A stretch of DNA of 64,000 bases from an uncultured Phycisphaerales bacterium (GTDB lineage Bacteria > Planctomycetota > B15-G4). The stretch is taken from positions 7,299 through 71,298 of the forward strand of contig CAZBBB010000002.1 of NCBI GenBank assembly GCA_964490005.1. Reading direction: 5' to 3'. A program made the position numbers and the translations under genes. The notes under the pieces were generated by a model. That model was not told the DNA's origin. It ran no database searches and saw only the letters and a program-made list of their open reading frames with translations. This document shows, in pieces, positions 26,812 through 36,851 of the stretch (positions are counted from its first letter, which is position 1; the number at the start of each line of letters is the position of its first letter).

Positions 26812-27636
26812 ATGCTGGCCGCGATGCACGCGAGCACACCCTTGGCGGAGAACGACGGCGACGCGCTGGCCGGGCTGCGCGCGCGGCTGGCGGGGCATCG
26901 GCTCTACGAGGTGCTGCGCAGCGCCGCGGACCTGCGGCGCTTCACCGAGCACCACGTCGTGTGCGTGCTCGACTTCATGTCGCTGCTCAAGAGCCTGCAG
27001 CGCGAGCTGAGCTGCGTCGAGGTGCCGTGGACGCCGGGGCCCGATCCCGACGCGGCGCGACTCATCGGGGCCATCGTGCTCGACGAGGAGAGCGACGTGC
27101 GCGCCGACGGGCGCGTGATGAGCCACTTCGCGTGGTATCTCGAGGCGATGGAGGAGATCTCCGCCGACACCGGTCCGGCGCGCGCGCTGCTCGCGTCCCT
27201 CGCTGCGACGCGCTCGTGGGAGGCGGCGCTCGCGGGCAGCGGTCTGCCGCCCGCCGCGCGCGCCTTTTCCGCCGTGACGGCCGCCGCGCTCGGCGCGCCG
27301 CTGCACGTGCGCGCGGCGGTCTTCTTCCACGGCCGCGAAGAACTCATCCCGCGCCTGTTCGTGCCGATCGTCGAGCGCCTGGCGCGGCAGGGGCTGCCCT
27401 GCGCGGCGCTGCTCGGCTACCTGCAGCGGCACATCGAGATCGACGGCGGCGAGCACGGCCCGGCCGCGCAGCGGCTGCTCGAGCGGCTCTACGCCGGCGA
27501 TGCCGCGCGGCGCGGCGAGGCGCGGGCCGCCGCGCGCACCGCGCTGCTCGCGCGCCTCGCGCTGTGGGACGCGATCGCGGCCGGCATGGACGCGTCGGCC
27601 TCCGCGGGCCTTTCGGCGGCCGGGGCGGCGGGGTAG
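26812..27636 (+). CDS. DUF3050 (heme-oxygenase-like fold) family protein.
   Basis: HRLYEVLRSAADLRRFTEHHVVCVLDFMSLLKSLQ resembles the family consensus as I remember it. Confidence 0.6.
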   Translation: MLAAMHASTPLAENDGDALAGLRARLAGHRLYEVLRSAADLRRFTEHHVVCVLDFMSLLKSLQRELSCVEVPWTPGPDPDAARLIGAIVLDEESDVRADGRVMSHFAWYLEAMEEISADTGPARALLASLAATRSWEAALAGSGLPPAARAFSAVTAAALGAPLHVRAAVFFHGREELIPRLFVPIVERLARQGLPCAALLGYLQRHIEIDGGEHGPAAQRLLERLYAGDAARRGEARAAARTALLARLALWDAIAAGMDASASAGLSAAGAAG

Positions 27637-27677
27637 GCTCGCGCTCCGTCCGCTCCCGCCCCCCCGGAGTCCGAGAG

Positions 27678-28250
27678 ATGTCGCGCCCGCTCGCCGCCGC
27701 GTCCCTGCTGCTGCTCGCCCTCGCCGCCTGCCGAGGGCCCGCCCCGGCGCCGCACTTCGACATGCCGGAGGCACCGGCGCCGCACCCGCAGGCGGCCTGG
27801 CTCGCGCAACTCGTCGGCGAGTGGGACGTGCGCATCGAGTCGACGATGGAGCCCGGCGCCGAGCCGATCATGATGGAGAGCCGCGAGTCGGTGCGCGCTC
27901 TCGGCGAGCACTGGGTCGTCAGCGACGGACAGGCGCTGCTGGGCGGCATGCCCTTCAGCTCGCTCATGACGCTGGGCTACGACGCCGGGAAGGAGCGCTT
28001 CGTCGGCACCTGGGTGGACTCGATGCTGCCCCACATGTGGCACTACGAGGGGGCGCTCGACGCGGCCGGCCGCACGCTCACGCTCGACACGCGCGGCCCG
28101 GCCTTCGACGGCTCGGCGCGCCTCGACGACTACCGCGACGCCATCGAGATCGTCTCGCCCGACCGCAAGATCCTGACCTCGTCGGTGCGGCAGGCCGACG
28201 GCACCTGGCAGACCTTCATGCGCGCCCAATACACGCGCCGCCGCGGATGA
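27678..28250 (+). CDS. DUF1579-like lipoprotein.
   Basis: Lipobox LLALAAC. The motifs LVGEWDV ... ERFVGTWVDSM ... are reminiscent of DUF1579. This is the 3' part of track ORF 26730..28250. Confidence 0.55.
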   Translation: MSRPLAAASLLLLALAACRGPAPAPHFDMPEAPAPHPQAAWLAQLVGEWDVRIESTMEPGAEPIMMESRESVRALGEHWVVSDGQALLGGMPFSSLMTLGYDAGKERFVGTWVDSMLPHMWHYEGALDAAGRTLTLDTRGPAFDGSARLDDYRDAIEIVSPDRKILTSSVRQADGTWQTFMRAQYTRRRG

Positions 28251-28942
28251 GCGACCCGCTCCCGCTGCCGCCGCCCAAGCAGGCCCGGCAGACGAAGGCG
28301 CCGCCGCATCGCGGGCGCGTGCTGGTCTTCTCGCCGCACCCCGACGACGAGTCGATCGGGCCGGGCGCGACGCTGGTCAAGCACGTGGCCTTGGGCGACC
28401 GCGTCGAGACCGTGTTCGTCACCTCCGGCATCAACGGCGATCCCGAGCGGCGCCACGACCCGGCGCAGTACGTCGAGCTGCGCCGGCGCGAGGCCGAGGC
28501 GGCGGCGGCGGTGCTGGGCGTCTCGCGCTGCGAGTTCTGGGGCTACCCCGACTCGATGGTCGTGACCGCCGGCGACCTGGCGGCGATCACCGGGCGCATG
28601 GCGCAGGCGCTCGCCGAGCTGCGTCCCGACGTGATCTACGCGCCGCACCGGGGCGAGCAGCACAGCGACCACCACTTCGTCGCGCTCGCCGCGATCGAGG
28701 CGCGCCGGCAGGCGCTGCCGCGCGCGCGCCTGCTGCTCTACGAGGTCTGGTCGCCGCTCGACGCCGACTGGGCCGTCGACGTGGCCGACGTCTACCCGCG
28801 CAAGCTCGAGGCCATCCGCTGCTACCGCAGCCAGCTCGAGCGCAACGACATCCCGCGCGCGGTCGACGGGCTCAACCGGTTCCGCGCGGTGCTGCTGCCG
28901 CCCGGCGGGCAGTGGGCGGAGGTCTTCGAGGAGCCCGCGTGA
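28247..28942 (+). CDS. PIG-L/LmbE family de-N-acetylase.
   Basis: VLVFSPHPDDESIGPG motif plus HSDHH. The ATG overlaps the upstream stop (ATGA). Confidence 0.8.
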   Translation: MSDPLPLPPPKQARQTKAPPHRGRVLVFSPHPDDESIGPGATLVKHVALGDRVETVFVTSGINGDPERRHDPAQYVELRRREAEAAAAVLGVSRCEFWGYPDSMVVTAGDLAAITGRMAQALAELRPDVIYAPHRGEQHSDHHFVALAAIEARRQALPRARLLLYEVWSPLDADWAVDVADVYPRKLEAIRCYRSQLERNDIPRAVDGLNRFRAVLLPPGGQWAEVFEEPA

Positions 28943-30174
28943 GGGTCGGCCACGTCGTGCACCAGTTCCCGCCCGAGTTCCGCGGCGGGACGGAGGCCTG
29001 CGTGCAGACCCTGGGCCAGGCGCAGCTCGCGCGCGGCGACGAGGTGCTCGTCGTGGCGGGCAGCGATGTGCGCTCGCCGGGCGGCGAGGTGCGCCGGGAG
29101 ACGGTCGAGGCGCTGCACGTGGCGCGCGTGCTGCGGCGGCCGGGCGAGAACTACACGATGGACTTCCGCCTGCCGCGCGTGCGCGACGAGGTGCGCCGGC
29201 TCCTGGCCGGGTTTTCGCCCGACGTCGTGCACCTGCACCACGGCCTGAACCTGTCGGGCGATCTGGCCGCCAGCCTGTCGGCCGACGGCCACGCGGTGCT
29301 CGCCACGCTGCACGACTACACGCTCGTCTGCGCGCGCTTCTTCCTCACGCGCCCCGACGGCGAGAGCTGCGAGCAGGCCTTTCCGCTGCCGGCGCTGCCG
29401 CGCTGCGTCGACTGCGTGCTGCCCGACTTCCCGGCGGGGCGCGCGGCGCTCGAGCACGAGACGAAGGCGCGCGCCGCCACGGCGGCGGCCGAGGCGGCGG
29501 CGCTGGCGGCGGCCATCGTGCCGAGCGCGTCGGTCGCGACGCGCTGGCGCCGCAGCGGCCTGTTCCCGGACGACAAGCTCGTGCTGCTGCCGCATCCCGC
29601 GCCGCTGCCGGCGCGCCCGCCCGCCGCGCCGCGTCCGCGCGACGACGGCCGGCTGGTGCTCGCGACCTGGGGGCACCTGGCGCCCGCCAAGGGCGTGCTC
29701 GACCTGCTCGAGGCGCTGCGCCTGGCGCGCGATCCGCGCCTGGCGCTGATCGTGCTCGGCGATCCCGTCGACGCGCGCCACGCCGAGGAGCTGCTCGACG
29801 CGGCCGAGGGCCTCGACGTGAGCTTCCGCGGGCGCTACACGGCGGCCGACCTGCCCGCGCTGCGCGGACAGGCCGACCTGGCGGTGTTCGCGAGTCGCGC
29901 CGAGGAGACCTTCGGCCTCGTCGTGGCCGAGGCGCGCGCGCTGGGTTTCCCGGTCGTCGTCAGCGACCGCGGCGCGCTGCCCGAGCGCGTGGGCGAGGCC
30001 GGCGCGGTGCTGCCGGCGAACGATCCGGCGCTGTGGGCGCACCTGTTCGTCGCGCTGCTCAAGGACCCGTCGCCGCTCGCCGCGTGGGGCGCGGCGGCGC
30101 GCGACGAACTCCCGGGTCCGGCCGAGCATGCCGCGGCGGTCGCCGGAATCTATGCTCGGGCGCGGTCGCCTTGA
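28939..30174 (+). CDS. Glycosyltransferase family 4 (GT-B) with a four-Cys insertion.
   Basis: VRVGHVVHQFPPEFRGGTE N-terminus and a C-terminal E..FGLVVAEA motif. Cys140/153/165/168 of the track ORF fall at 29329..29415. The GTG start overlaps the upstream TGA. Confidence 0.75.
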   Translation: MRVGHVVHQFPPEFRGGTEACVQTLGQAQLARGDEVLVVAGSDVRSPGGEVRRETVEALHVARVLRRPGENYTMDFRLPRVRDEVRRLLAGFSPDVVHLHHGLNLSGDLAASLSADGHAVLATLHDYTLVCARFFLTRPDGESCEQAFPLPALPRCVDCVLPDFPAGRAALEHETKARAATAAAEAAALAAAIVPSASVATRWRRSGLFPDDKLVLLPHPAPLPARPPAAPRPRDDGRLVLATWGHLAPAKGVLDLLEALRLARDPRLALIVLGDPVDARHAEELLDAAEGLDVSFRGRYTAADLPALRGQADLAVFASRAEETFGLVVAEARALGFPVVVSDRGALPERVGEAGAVLPANDPALWAHLFVALLKDPSPLAAWGAAARDELPGPAEHAAAVAGIYARARSP

Positions 30175-30211
30175 GCCGGCCGCCGCCGCCGGTCGAAAGC
30201 AGGCCCTTCCC

Positions 30212-30934
30212 GTGAGCGCACCCGTCCACACCTTTCCGCCGCTGCACGACCTCTCGCGGGTGCCCGCGGGCAACGTGCTCGTCGTGGCGCCGCATCCCGA
30301 CGACGAGGTCATCGGCGTGGGCGGCACGATCGCGCTGCACGGCCGGCGCGGCGACGCCGTCACGGTCGCGCTCGTCACGGCCGGCGAAGGCGGCGGCGAC
30401 CCGCAGCGGCGGCTGGCCGAGTCGAGCGAGAGCGGCGAGGGGCTCGGCGCGCGGCGCACGGTCTGCCTGCACGCCCCCGACGGCGGCGTGGCGCGCGACG
30501 CCGGCCTCGTGGCGCGCCTGGCCGAACTGGTCCGCGAGGTCGGGCCGGCCGTGGTCTACGCACCCTCGCCCTTCGAGATGCATCCCGACCACGTCGCCAC
30601 GCTGCACGCCACGGCGCGGGCGCTGGAGGGCGGGCCGGACGCGACGCTGCTGCTCTACGAGGTGAACACCGAGTGCATGGCGAGCTTCCTGATCGACATC
30701 ACGCCCGTGGCCGCGGCCAAGCGCGCGGCCCTTGCGGCCTTCGCCAGCCAGCTCGGGCGCGTCGACCTGCTTGACAAGGTCGAGGCCCGCGCCCGCGCGC
30801 GCACCGTGAACGTCGACCTGCCGGCCGTCACGCACGCCGAGGCCTTCCTGCAGCTCCCGGTGGCGCGCGTGGCGGCGGCCAGCCGGGCGCTGGGGCAGCT
30901 CGCGGCGACGCTGGGCCTTGCGCCGGGCGGATGA
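30212..30934 (+). CDS. PIG-L/LmbE family de-N-acetylase (second copy).
   Basis: VLVVAPHPDDEVIGVGG motif and HPDH. The start is uncertain: GTG at 30212, or the Met at 30152. Confidence 0.75.
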   Translation: MSAPVHTFPPLHDLSRVPAGNVLVVAPHPDDEVIGVGGTIALHGRRGDAVTVALVTAGEGGGDPQRRLAESSESGEGLGARRTVCLHAPDGGVARDAGLVARLAELVREVGPAVVYAPSPFEMHPDHVATLHATARALEGGPDATLLLYEVNTECMASFLIDITPVAAAKRAALAAFASQLGRVDLLDKVEARARARTVNVDLPAVTHAEAFLQLPVARVAAASRALGQLAATLGLAPGG

Positions 30935-30935
30935 C

Positions 30936-31874
30936 GTGAAGGTCTCGGCCGTCATCTCGACCTGGAACAAGAAGGCCGACGTGCTGGCCAACATCGCGGC
31001 CCTGAAGGCCGGGCGCCGCGTGCCCGACGAGATCGTCGTCGTCGACAACTGCAGCTCCGACGGCACGGCCGACGCGATCGCCGCCGCGCACCCCGACGTC
31101 GTGCTGCTGCGCATGCCGCACGACCGCAAGGGTGCCTGCGAGACCTTCAATCTCGGCTTCGCGGCCGCGACGGGCGACGCGATCGCGATCATGGACGACG
31201 ACGTGCTCGCGACGCGCGACTGGCTGGCGACGCTGGTCGAGGCGCTGCTGCGCGAGCCGCCGAGCACGGCCATGATCAGTTCGCGCGTGATCGAGCCGGC
31301 CATGCCCGAGAGCTACCAGCGCGCCGAACTCGCGCGCGGCCGCTACTACGCCAGCACCTTCCGCGGCTGCGGCACGCTGGCGCGCACCGAGGTGCTGCGC
31401 GCCACGGGCGGCTACGACGAGCGCTTCTTCATCTACGGCAACGAGCGCGACCTGGCGGCGCGCGTGCTGGCGCGCGGCGGGCGCATCCTGCAGCTGCCCG
31501 AGGCCGTGATCCACCACGCCACGCCCTTCGGCATGAAGGCCGGCCGCCGCTCGCTCTACTACCACGTGCGCAACTTCTGGCTGTACGCCTTCAAGAACTG
31601 CCCCTGGAGCGCGGTGGCGCGTTCGGCCTTCTCGCTCGTGCGCAAGGGGCTGTCGCGCGGCGGCACGCGCACGGCGCCGGCCGCGACCGCCAGCGCCGAG
31701 GAGGGCGAGCTCGAGGCCACCGGCACGATGGGGCTGGCGCGCGCGATGCGCGAGACCGAGGGCGCCTGGTGGATCGCCTTCAAGGCGAGCCTCAACGCGC
31801 TGCTCAACCTGCCCTACTGCCTGGCGCGGCGGCAGGTCGTGCGCGCCCCGGACTTCCGCGTCCCGGGGCTCTGA
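30936..31874 (+). CDS. Glycosyltransferase family 2.
   Basis: VKVSAVISTWNKK ... IVVVDNCSSDGT ... IMDDD. The GTG at 30936 lies 1 nt after the upstream stop; the track start 30918 is a TTG. Confidence 0.75.
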   Translation: MKVSAVISTWNKKADVLANIAALKAGRRVPDEIVVVDNCSSDGTADAIAAAHPDVVLLRMPHDRKGACETFNLGFAAATGDAIAIMDDDVLATRDWLATLVEALLREPPSTAMISSRVIEPAMPESYQRAELARGRYYASTFRGCGTLARTEVLRATGGYDERFFIYGNERDLAARVLARGGRILQLPEAVIHHATPFGMKAGRRSLYYHVRNFWLYAFKNCPWSAVARSAFSLVRKGLSRGGTRTAPAATASAEEGELEATGTMGLARAMRETEGAWWIAFKASLNALLNLPYCLARRQVVRAPDFRVPGL

Positions 31875-31875
31875 G

Positions 31876-32958
31876 ATGGGCGAGCGCGTCACCGTCGCCG
31901 TGACGAACTGGAACGGCGAGGCGTATCTGGGCGACTGTCTCGACGCGATCGCGGCGCTGCAGGGCGACGTCGCCGAGGTGCTCGTCGTCGACAACGCCTC
32001 GACCGACGGCAGCCAGGCGATCGTGCGCGCGCGGCCCGGCGTGCGGCTGATCGTGCTGGCCTCCAACGAGGGGCCCTGCCCGGCGCGCAACGAGGGGCTG
32101 CGGCAGGCGCGCACGCGCTGGGTGCTGCAGCTCGACAGCGACGTCCTGGTGCGGCCTGACACGCTGCAGCGCCTGCTGCCGCAGACGGAGCTGCCGGGCG
32201 TGGCGGCCGTGCAGCCGCGCGCGGTGCTCGCGGCCGACCCGTCGGTGGTGCACTACGACGGCGGCCGGATGCACTACGTCGGCATGATGACGCTCGACAA
32301 CCTGCTGGCGCGCGCGAGCGGCCCGCCGCCGCCGCCCGCCGACGTCGACGCGGTCATCAGCATGGCGCTGCTGCTCGACCGCGAGGTCGTGCTGGACCTG
32401 GGCGGCTACGACCCGGCCTACTTCATCCTGTTCGAGGACCACGACCTGTCGTACCGGCTGCGCGCGACGGGTCATCGCCTGCGGCGCGTGAGCGAGGCGC
32501 TCGTGCTGCACCGCGAGGGGACGGCGGGGCTGTCGTTCCGTCCCGGGGCGCCGAGCTACCCCGCGCGGCGGGCCTTCCTGCACGGGCGCAACCGCACCTA
32601 CCTCGTGCTCAAGAACTACTCGCTGCCGGCGCTCGTGGCGAGTTGGCCGGGGCGCCTGCTGTACGCCGCGGCCTACCTCGTCTTCGCGGCCCGCCGCGGC
32701 GTCCTCGGCAGCTACCTGAAGGGGCGGCTGGGCGCGCTGGCGCTGCTTCCGCGCGCGCTCTCGCTGCGGCGCGGGCTGGCCGGCCGTCGCTCGGTCTGCG
32801 ACCGAAGGCTGCTGCATGCCGATGATCTGACGGTCTCGCCGCACCTGTCCCGCGCTCCGCTGGAAGCCCGTGCCGAAAGAACGTTCAATGTCGTCCTGCG
32901 CGGCTGGTGGCGGCTGGCGCGCCTGCTGCTTCCCGCTCAACGTCCCGAGACGCGCTGA
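31876..32958 (+). CDS. Glycosyltransferase family 2.
   Basis: VTVAVTNWNGE ... LVVDNASTDGS ... QLDSD. Confidence 0.75.
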   Translation: MGERVTVAVTNWNGEAYLGDCLDAIAALQGDVAEVLVVDNASTDGSQAIVRARPGVRLIVLASNEGPCPARNEGLRQARTRWVLQLDSDVLVRPDTLQRLLPQTELPGVAAVQPRAVLAADPSVVHYDGGRMHYVGMMTLDNLLARASGPPPPPADVDAVISMALLLDREVVLDLGGYDPAYFILFEDHDLSYRLRATGHRLRRVSEALVLHREGTAGLSFRPGAPSYPARRAFLHGRNRTYLVLKNYSLPALVASWPGRLLYAAAYLVFAARRGVLGSYLKGRLGALALLPRALSLRRGLAGRRSVCDRRLLHADDLTVSPHLSRAPLEARAERTFNVVLRGWWRLARLLLPAQRPETR

Positions 32959-33038
32959 GATGACCCGCCGAAGTCGCCGACTCCGTCGTCGCCGCGCCCG
33001 CGGCGGGCCGCCCGCGGGGTGCGCATGACGGTGCGCGC

Positions 33039-34007
33039 ATGACGGGGCCGGCGCGGGGCACGGCGCAGGGCGAGCGCATCGTCGCGATCGTCCTGAACTG
33101 GAACGGCGGCGACGAGACGCTGCAGTGCCTGCGCTCGCTCGCGGGCGTGCTCGACCCGCCGGTCGTGCCGCTGCTGGCCGACAACGGCAGCGAGGACGAC
33201 TCGGTGGCGGCGGCCGTGCGCGCCCTGCCCGGCCTGGCCGTGCTGCGCTTCTCCGAGAACCTCGGTTACGCGGGCGGCAACAACCGCGCCATGCGGCACG
33301 CCTTCGACGCGCTGCACGCCGACTGGGTCTGCCTGCTCAACAGCGACGTCGTCGTCGCGCCCGAGACCTTCGCGCTGCTCCTCGACGCCGTCACGGCCTA
33401 CGAGGCCAAGGGGCGCCGCCGCGTCGGCGCGGCCGGCCCCTGCCTGCTGTACCGCGACGAACCGCAGACCGTCTGGGCCTGCGGGGGCCGCATCGGCGCG
33501 CAGCTCAACGTGACGCAGCTCGTCGGGCACGGCCGCCGACCCAAGGGCGGCCCCGCGCGCGAGGTCGACTACCTGCCCGGCGCCTTCCTGCTCGTGCGGC
33601 GCGCGGCCTTCGAGGCGGTCGGCCCGCTCGACGAGAGCTTCTTCTGCTACCTCGAGGACGCCGACTGGGGCGTGCGCCTGCGTGCGGCCGGCTTCGTGTC
33701 GCTGGCCGTGCCCGAGGCCATCGCCTGGCACGCGCTCTCGGCCAGCACCGGCGGCGGCTACTCGGCCGGCCGCAAGTACATGACCGGCGTCAACTCGGTG
33801 CGCTTCCTGCGCAAGCACGGCCGCCCGACGGGCTGGGCCGCGCTCATCGTCTTCGACATCCTGCTCTGGCCGCTGGCCTTCCTGCGCGCGCTCATCGGCG
33901 GACGCAGCGCCGGCGCGACGGCCAAGCTGCGCGGCGTCTTCGCCGGCCTGTGCGGCGCCCGCGTCGACGCCGAGGTCGCCGCGCGCTTCGCGAGGCGGGT
34001 CGAATGA
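33039..34007 (+). CDS. Glycosyltransferase family 2.
   Basis: IVAIVLNWNGGDETL ... ADNGSEDDS ... NLGYAGGNN ... YLEDADW. Confidence 0.75.
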   Translation: MTGPARGTAQGERIVAIVLNWNGGDETLQCLRSLAGVLDPPVVPLLADNGSEDDSVAAAVRALPGLAVLRFSENLGYAGGNNRAMRHAFDALHADWVCLLNSDVVVAPETFALLLDAVTAYEAKGRRRVGAAGPCLLYRDEPQTVWACGGRIGAQLNVTQLVGHGRRPKGGPAREVDYLPGAFLLVRRAAFEAVGPLDESFFCYLEDADWGVRLRAAGFVSLAVPEAIAWHALSASTGGGYSAGRKYMTGVNSVRFLRKHGRPTGWAALIVFDILLWPLAFLRALIGGRSAGATAKLRGVFAGLCGARVDAEVAARFARRVE

Positions 34008-35428
34008 AGATCCTCATGCCGGTGCATGTCTTCCTGCCGGGCCACAGCGCCGGCACCGAGGTCTACACCTACAACCTGGCGCGCGCGCTCGTGGCCCGCG
34101 GCCACGAGGTCGAGATCTTCACCTCCGAGAAGGAGGTCTCGCGCCGGAGCTGGTCGGTGCACGTCGAGCAGGTCGACGGTCTCAAGGTGCACGTCCTGGT
34201 CAACAACCTCGACCACGACGACTTCTCCGAGACCTTCGCCAACGTCGAGGCCGAGGGCGCCTTCCAGCGCGTGCTCGACGCCTTCAAGCCCGACATCGTC
34301 CACGTGCAGCACCTGATGCTGCTCTCGATGGGGCTGCCGCGCCAGGCGCGCTCGGCCGGCGCGCGCGTCGTCATGACGCTCAACGACTTCTGGCTGTTCT
34401 GCCCGCGCTTCGGGCAGCTGCTGCTGCCCAACGGCCACCTTTGCGACGGCCCGAACCTGTCCGACTGCGAGAACTGCCTGCAGGACTTCACCTTCAGCCA
34501 GGGCAAGCCCGAGAAGGCGCTGATCAGGCTCATGCAGTACACGCGCGAGCTGTCGGGCGTCGACCTCGCGCCGATCGTCTACTGGGCGCAGGACCGCAGC
34601 CGCTGGCTGCGCACGCGCAAGCAGCGGGGCGGGCGCTCGGCCAAGGCCGGCAAGGCCAACCCCGACGGGTCGCTGCGCGAGGAGCTCAAGCACCGGCAGC
34701 GCAAGGTCGAGCTGCTCATCGAGCAGGTCGACCTGTTCCTCTCGCCGAGCAACACGGTGGCCGAGCGCGCCATCGAGTGGGGCATCCCGCGCGCGCGCCT
34801 GAAGGTCTCGCGCTACGGCATCGACACGCGCCCCTTCGGGCAGCAGCCGCGCCGCGAGAAGGGCGAGGACGAGCAGCTGGTGTTCGGCTTCATCGGCACG
34901 ATCGCGCCGCACAAGGGCGTGCACGTGCTCGTCGACGCCGCGCTGCGCCTGCCGAAGGGCGCCTGCAGGGTGGCCATCTACGGCAGCGACGCGCACCATC
35001 TCGAGTACGGCCGCTCGCTGCGCGCGCAGGCCGAGGGGCGCGAGATCGAGTTCCGCGGCAAGCTGGCCCGCGACCAGATCGCGCAGGCCTTCCACTCCAT
35101 CGACTGCCTCGTCATGCCCTCGCTGTGGCTCGAGAACAGCCCGGTCGTGATCCAGGAGTCCTTCGCGGCGGGCGTGCCCGTGATCGCCAGCGGGCAGGGC
35201 GGCATGGCCGAACTCATCACCGACGGGCGATCGGGGCGGCTGTTCCCGGCGGGCGACGCGCAGGCGCTCGCGCGCCACATGGCGGCCGTGATCGCCAACC
35301 CGACGACGCTGCGCGCCTGGAGCGTCGCGATGGACGAGGCGCGCAGCATCGAGGACGACGCGGCGGGCGTCGAGCAGCACTACCTCGACGTGCTGCACCA
35401 CGACGGGCGTCCTCCGGTCGACGCATGA
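34004..35428 (+). CDS. Glycosyltransferase family 4 with a four-Cys insertion.
   Basis: MKILMPVHVFLPGHSAGTEVYTYNLARAL ... LENSPVVIQESFAAGVPVIAS. Cys133/147/155/158 fall at 34400..34477. The ATG overlaps the upstream TGA. Confidence 0.8.
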   Translation: MKILMPVHVFLPGHSAGTEVYTYNLARALVARGHEVEIFTSEKEVSRRSWSVHVEQVDGLKVHVLVNNLDHDDFSETFANVEAEGAFQRVLDAFKPDIVHVQHLMLLSMGLPRQARSAGARVVMTLNDFWLFCPRFGQLLLPNGHLCDGPNLSDCENCLQDFTFSQGKPEKALIRLMQYTRELSGVDLAPIVYWAQDRSRWLRTRKQRGGRSAKAGKANPDGSLREELKHRQRKVELLIEQVDLFLSPSNTVAERAIEWGIPRARLKVSRYGIDTRPFGQQPRREKGEDEQLVFGFIGTIAPHKGVHVLVDAALRLPKGACRVAIYGSDAHHLEYGRSLRAQAEGREIEFRGKLARDQIAQAFHSIDCLVMPSLWLENSPVVIQESFAAGVPVIASGQGGMAELITDGRSGRLFPAGDAQALARHMAAVIANPTTLRAWSVAMDEARSIEDDAAGVEQHYLDVLHHDGRPPVDA

Positions 35429-36801
35429 CGCGCGTCGGCCTCGTCGTGCACGGCCAACCGCCGGAGCTGGTGGGCGGCACCGAGCGGCTCGTCGCCGACG
35501 TCGCCGCCGAGCTGGCGCGGCGCGGTCACGAGGTGGCGATCCTCTCGGGCAGCATCGCCTGGGAGGCGGCCTTCCGCGTCGCGGACGACGCGGCCGGCCC
35601 GGTGGCGGTGCGGCGCCTGCACCGCGACGATCTGTACTTCGAGCGCTGGGACAAGATCGAGAACCCGCGCGTCGAGCGCGCCTACCTCGACTGGCTCGAC
35701 GAGTTCCGGCCCGAGGTCGTGCACGTGCACCACTGGGCGCGGCTGACGACCACGCTCGTGCGGCGCGCGCACGAGCGCGGCCTGCCCGTCGCGGCGAGCC
35801 TGCACGACCTGCTGCCGAGCTGCCCGCGCTACCACCGCGTGAAGGCCGATCTGTCCTTCTGCGAGCAGCCGCCGGGGCCCGAGGCCTGCCGGCGCTGCGC
35901 CCCGCGCTGGACCTTCCAGCAGGATGAGGAGATCGACGCGCAGCTCGTGCGCTTCGTCGCCGAGCTGCGGGCCGAGCTGTCGGCCGCCGACCTGCTGCTG
36001 GCGCCGACGGAAGGCCACGCCGAGCGCCTGCTGCGCTGGATGGGGCTGCGGCTGCCCGTGACGGCGCTCGCGCCGGCGGGCGGGTCGCTGCCCGCGCCCG
36101 CCGCGCCGCCGCTCGCCGGACGCGCCGCGAGCGCCAACGCTCCGCTGCGCGTCTGTGCCTTCGGGCACCTGCATCCGCTCAAGGGCGTCGAGGTGCTGCT
36201 CGACGCGCAGGCGGCGCTGCCCGATCCGGCGCTCGTCGAACTGCACGTGTGGGGGGCGAGCCCGACGCCGGAGATGGACGCCGCGCTGCGCGCGCGCGCC
36301 GGCTCGCGCGCCGTCGTCTGGCACGGCGCCTACGGGCCGGCCGATCTCTCGGGCGCGCCGATCGACGTCGTCGTGCTGCCGACGCTGTGCGCCGAGAGCT
36401 GGTCGCTGGCGCTCGACGAGGCCGCCGCGCTGGGCGTGCCGATCCTCGCGACCGACCTGGGCGCGCTGGCCGACCGCGCGACGCCGCGCATGGCGCTCTT
36501 TCCGCGCGGCGACGCGCGGGCCCTCGCCGCGCACCTGCAGCGCCTCGCCCCCGATCCGGCCGCGCGCGCCGCGATGTCGCGTGCGCCGGGGCCCGCCAGC
36601 AGCTCGCTGTCCCGCCACGTCGACGCGCTGGCCGAGCACTACGCGCGGCTGACGCGCCGCCCGCGCGCGGCCCGAGCGCCGTCCGCCGCGGCGCAGGCCG
36701 CGCGCCTCGCCGAGCAGGAGGCGGCCTTCGCGCGGCGCGAGGCCGCCTGGCACGAGGGCCTGCGCAGCGAGCCGCAAGTGGAGGGCGCCGACGGCCGATA
36801 G
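35425..36801 (+). CDS. Glycosyltransferase family 4 with a four-Cys insertion.
   Basis: MTRVGLVVHGQPPELVGGTERLVADVAAEL ... ESWSLALDEAAALGVPILAT. Cys133/146/155/158 fall at 35821..35898. The ATG overlaps the upstream TGA. Confidence 0.75.
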   Translation: MTRVGLVVHGQPPELVGGTERLVADVAAELARRGHEVAILSGSIAWEAAFRVADDAAGPVAVRRLHRDDLYFERWDKIENPRVERAYLDWLDEFRPEVVHVHHWARLTTTLVRRAHERGLPVAASLHDLLPSCPRYHRVKADLSFCEQPPGPEACRRCAPRWTFQQDEEIDAQLVRFVAELRAELSAADLLLAPTEGHAERLLRWMGLRLPVTALAPAGGSLPAPAAPPLAGRAASANAPLRVCAFGHLHPLKGVEVLLDAQAALPDPALVELHVWGASPTPEMDAALRARAGSRAVVWHGAYGPADLSGAPIDVVVLPTLCAESWSLALDEAAALGVPILATDLGALADRATPRMALFPRGDARALAAHLQRLAPDPAARAAMSRAPGPASSSLSRHVDALAEHYARLTRRPRAARAPSAAAQAARLAEQEAAFARREAAWHEGLRSEPQVEGADGR

Positions 36802-36851
36802 GGAGCGGCGATGGCCCGCCCGCTCCAGACACCGCTGCCGGGCGTCCCGGC

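Noticed and set aside
33018-33045. Small near-duplication gtgcgcatgacg / gtgcgcgcatgacgg just upstream of the GT2 start at 33039. I considered a possible slipped-strand phase-variation site.
   Set aside because: It has only two imperfect units, and the alternative ATG is out of frame. I see no evidence of a repeat tract.
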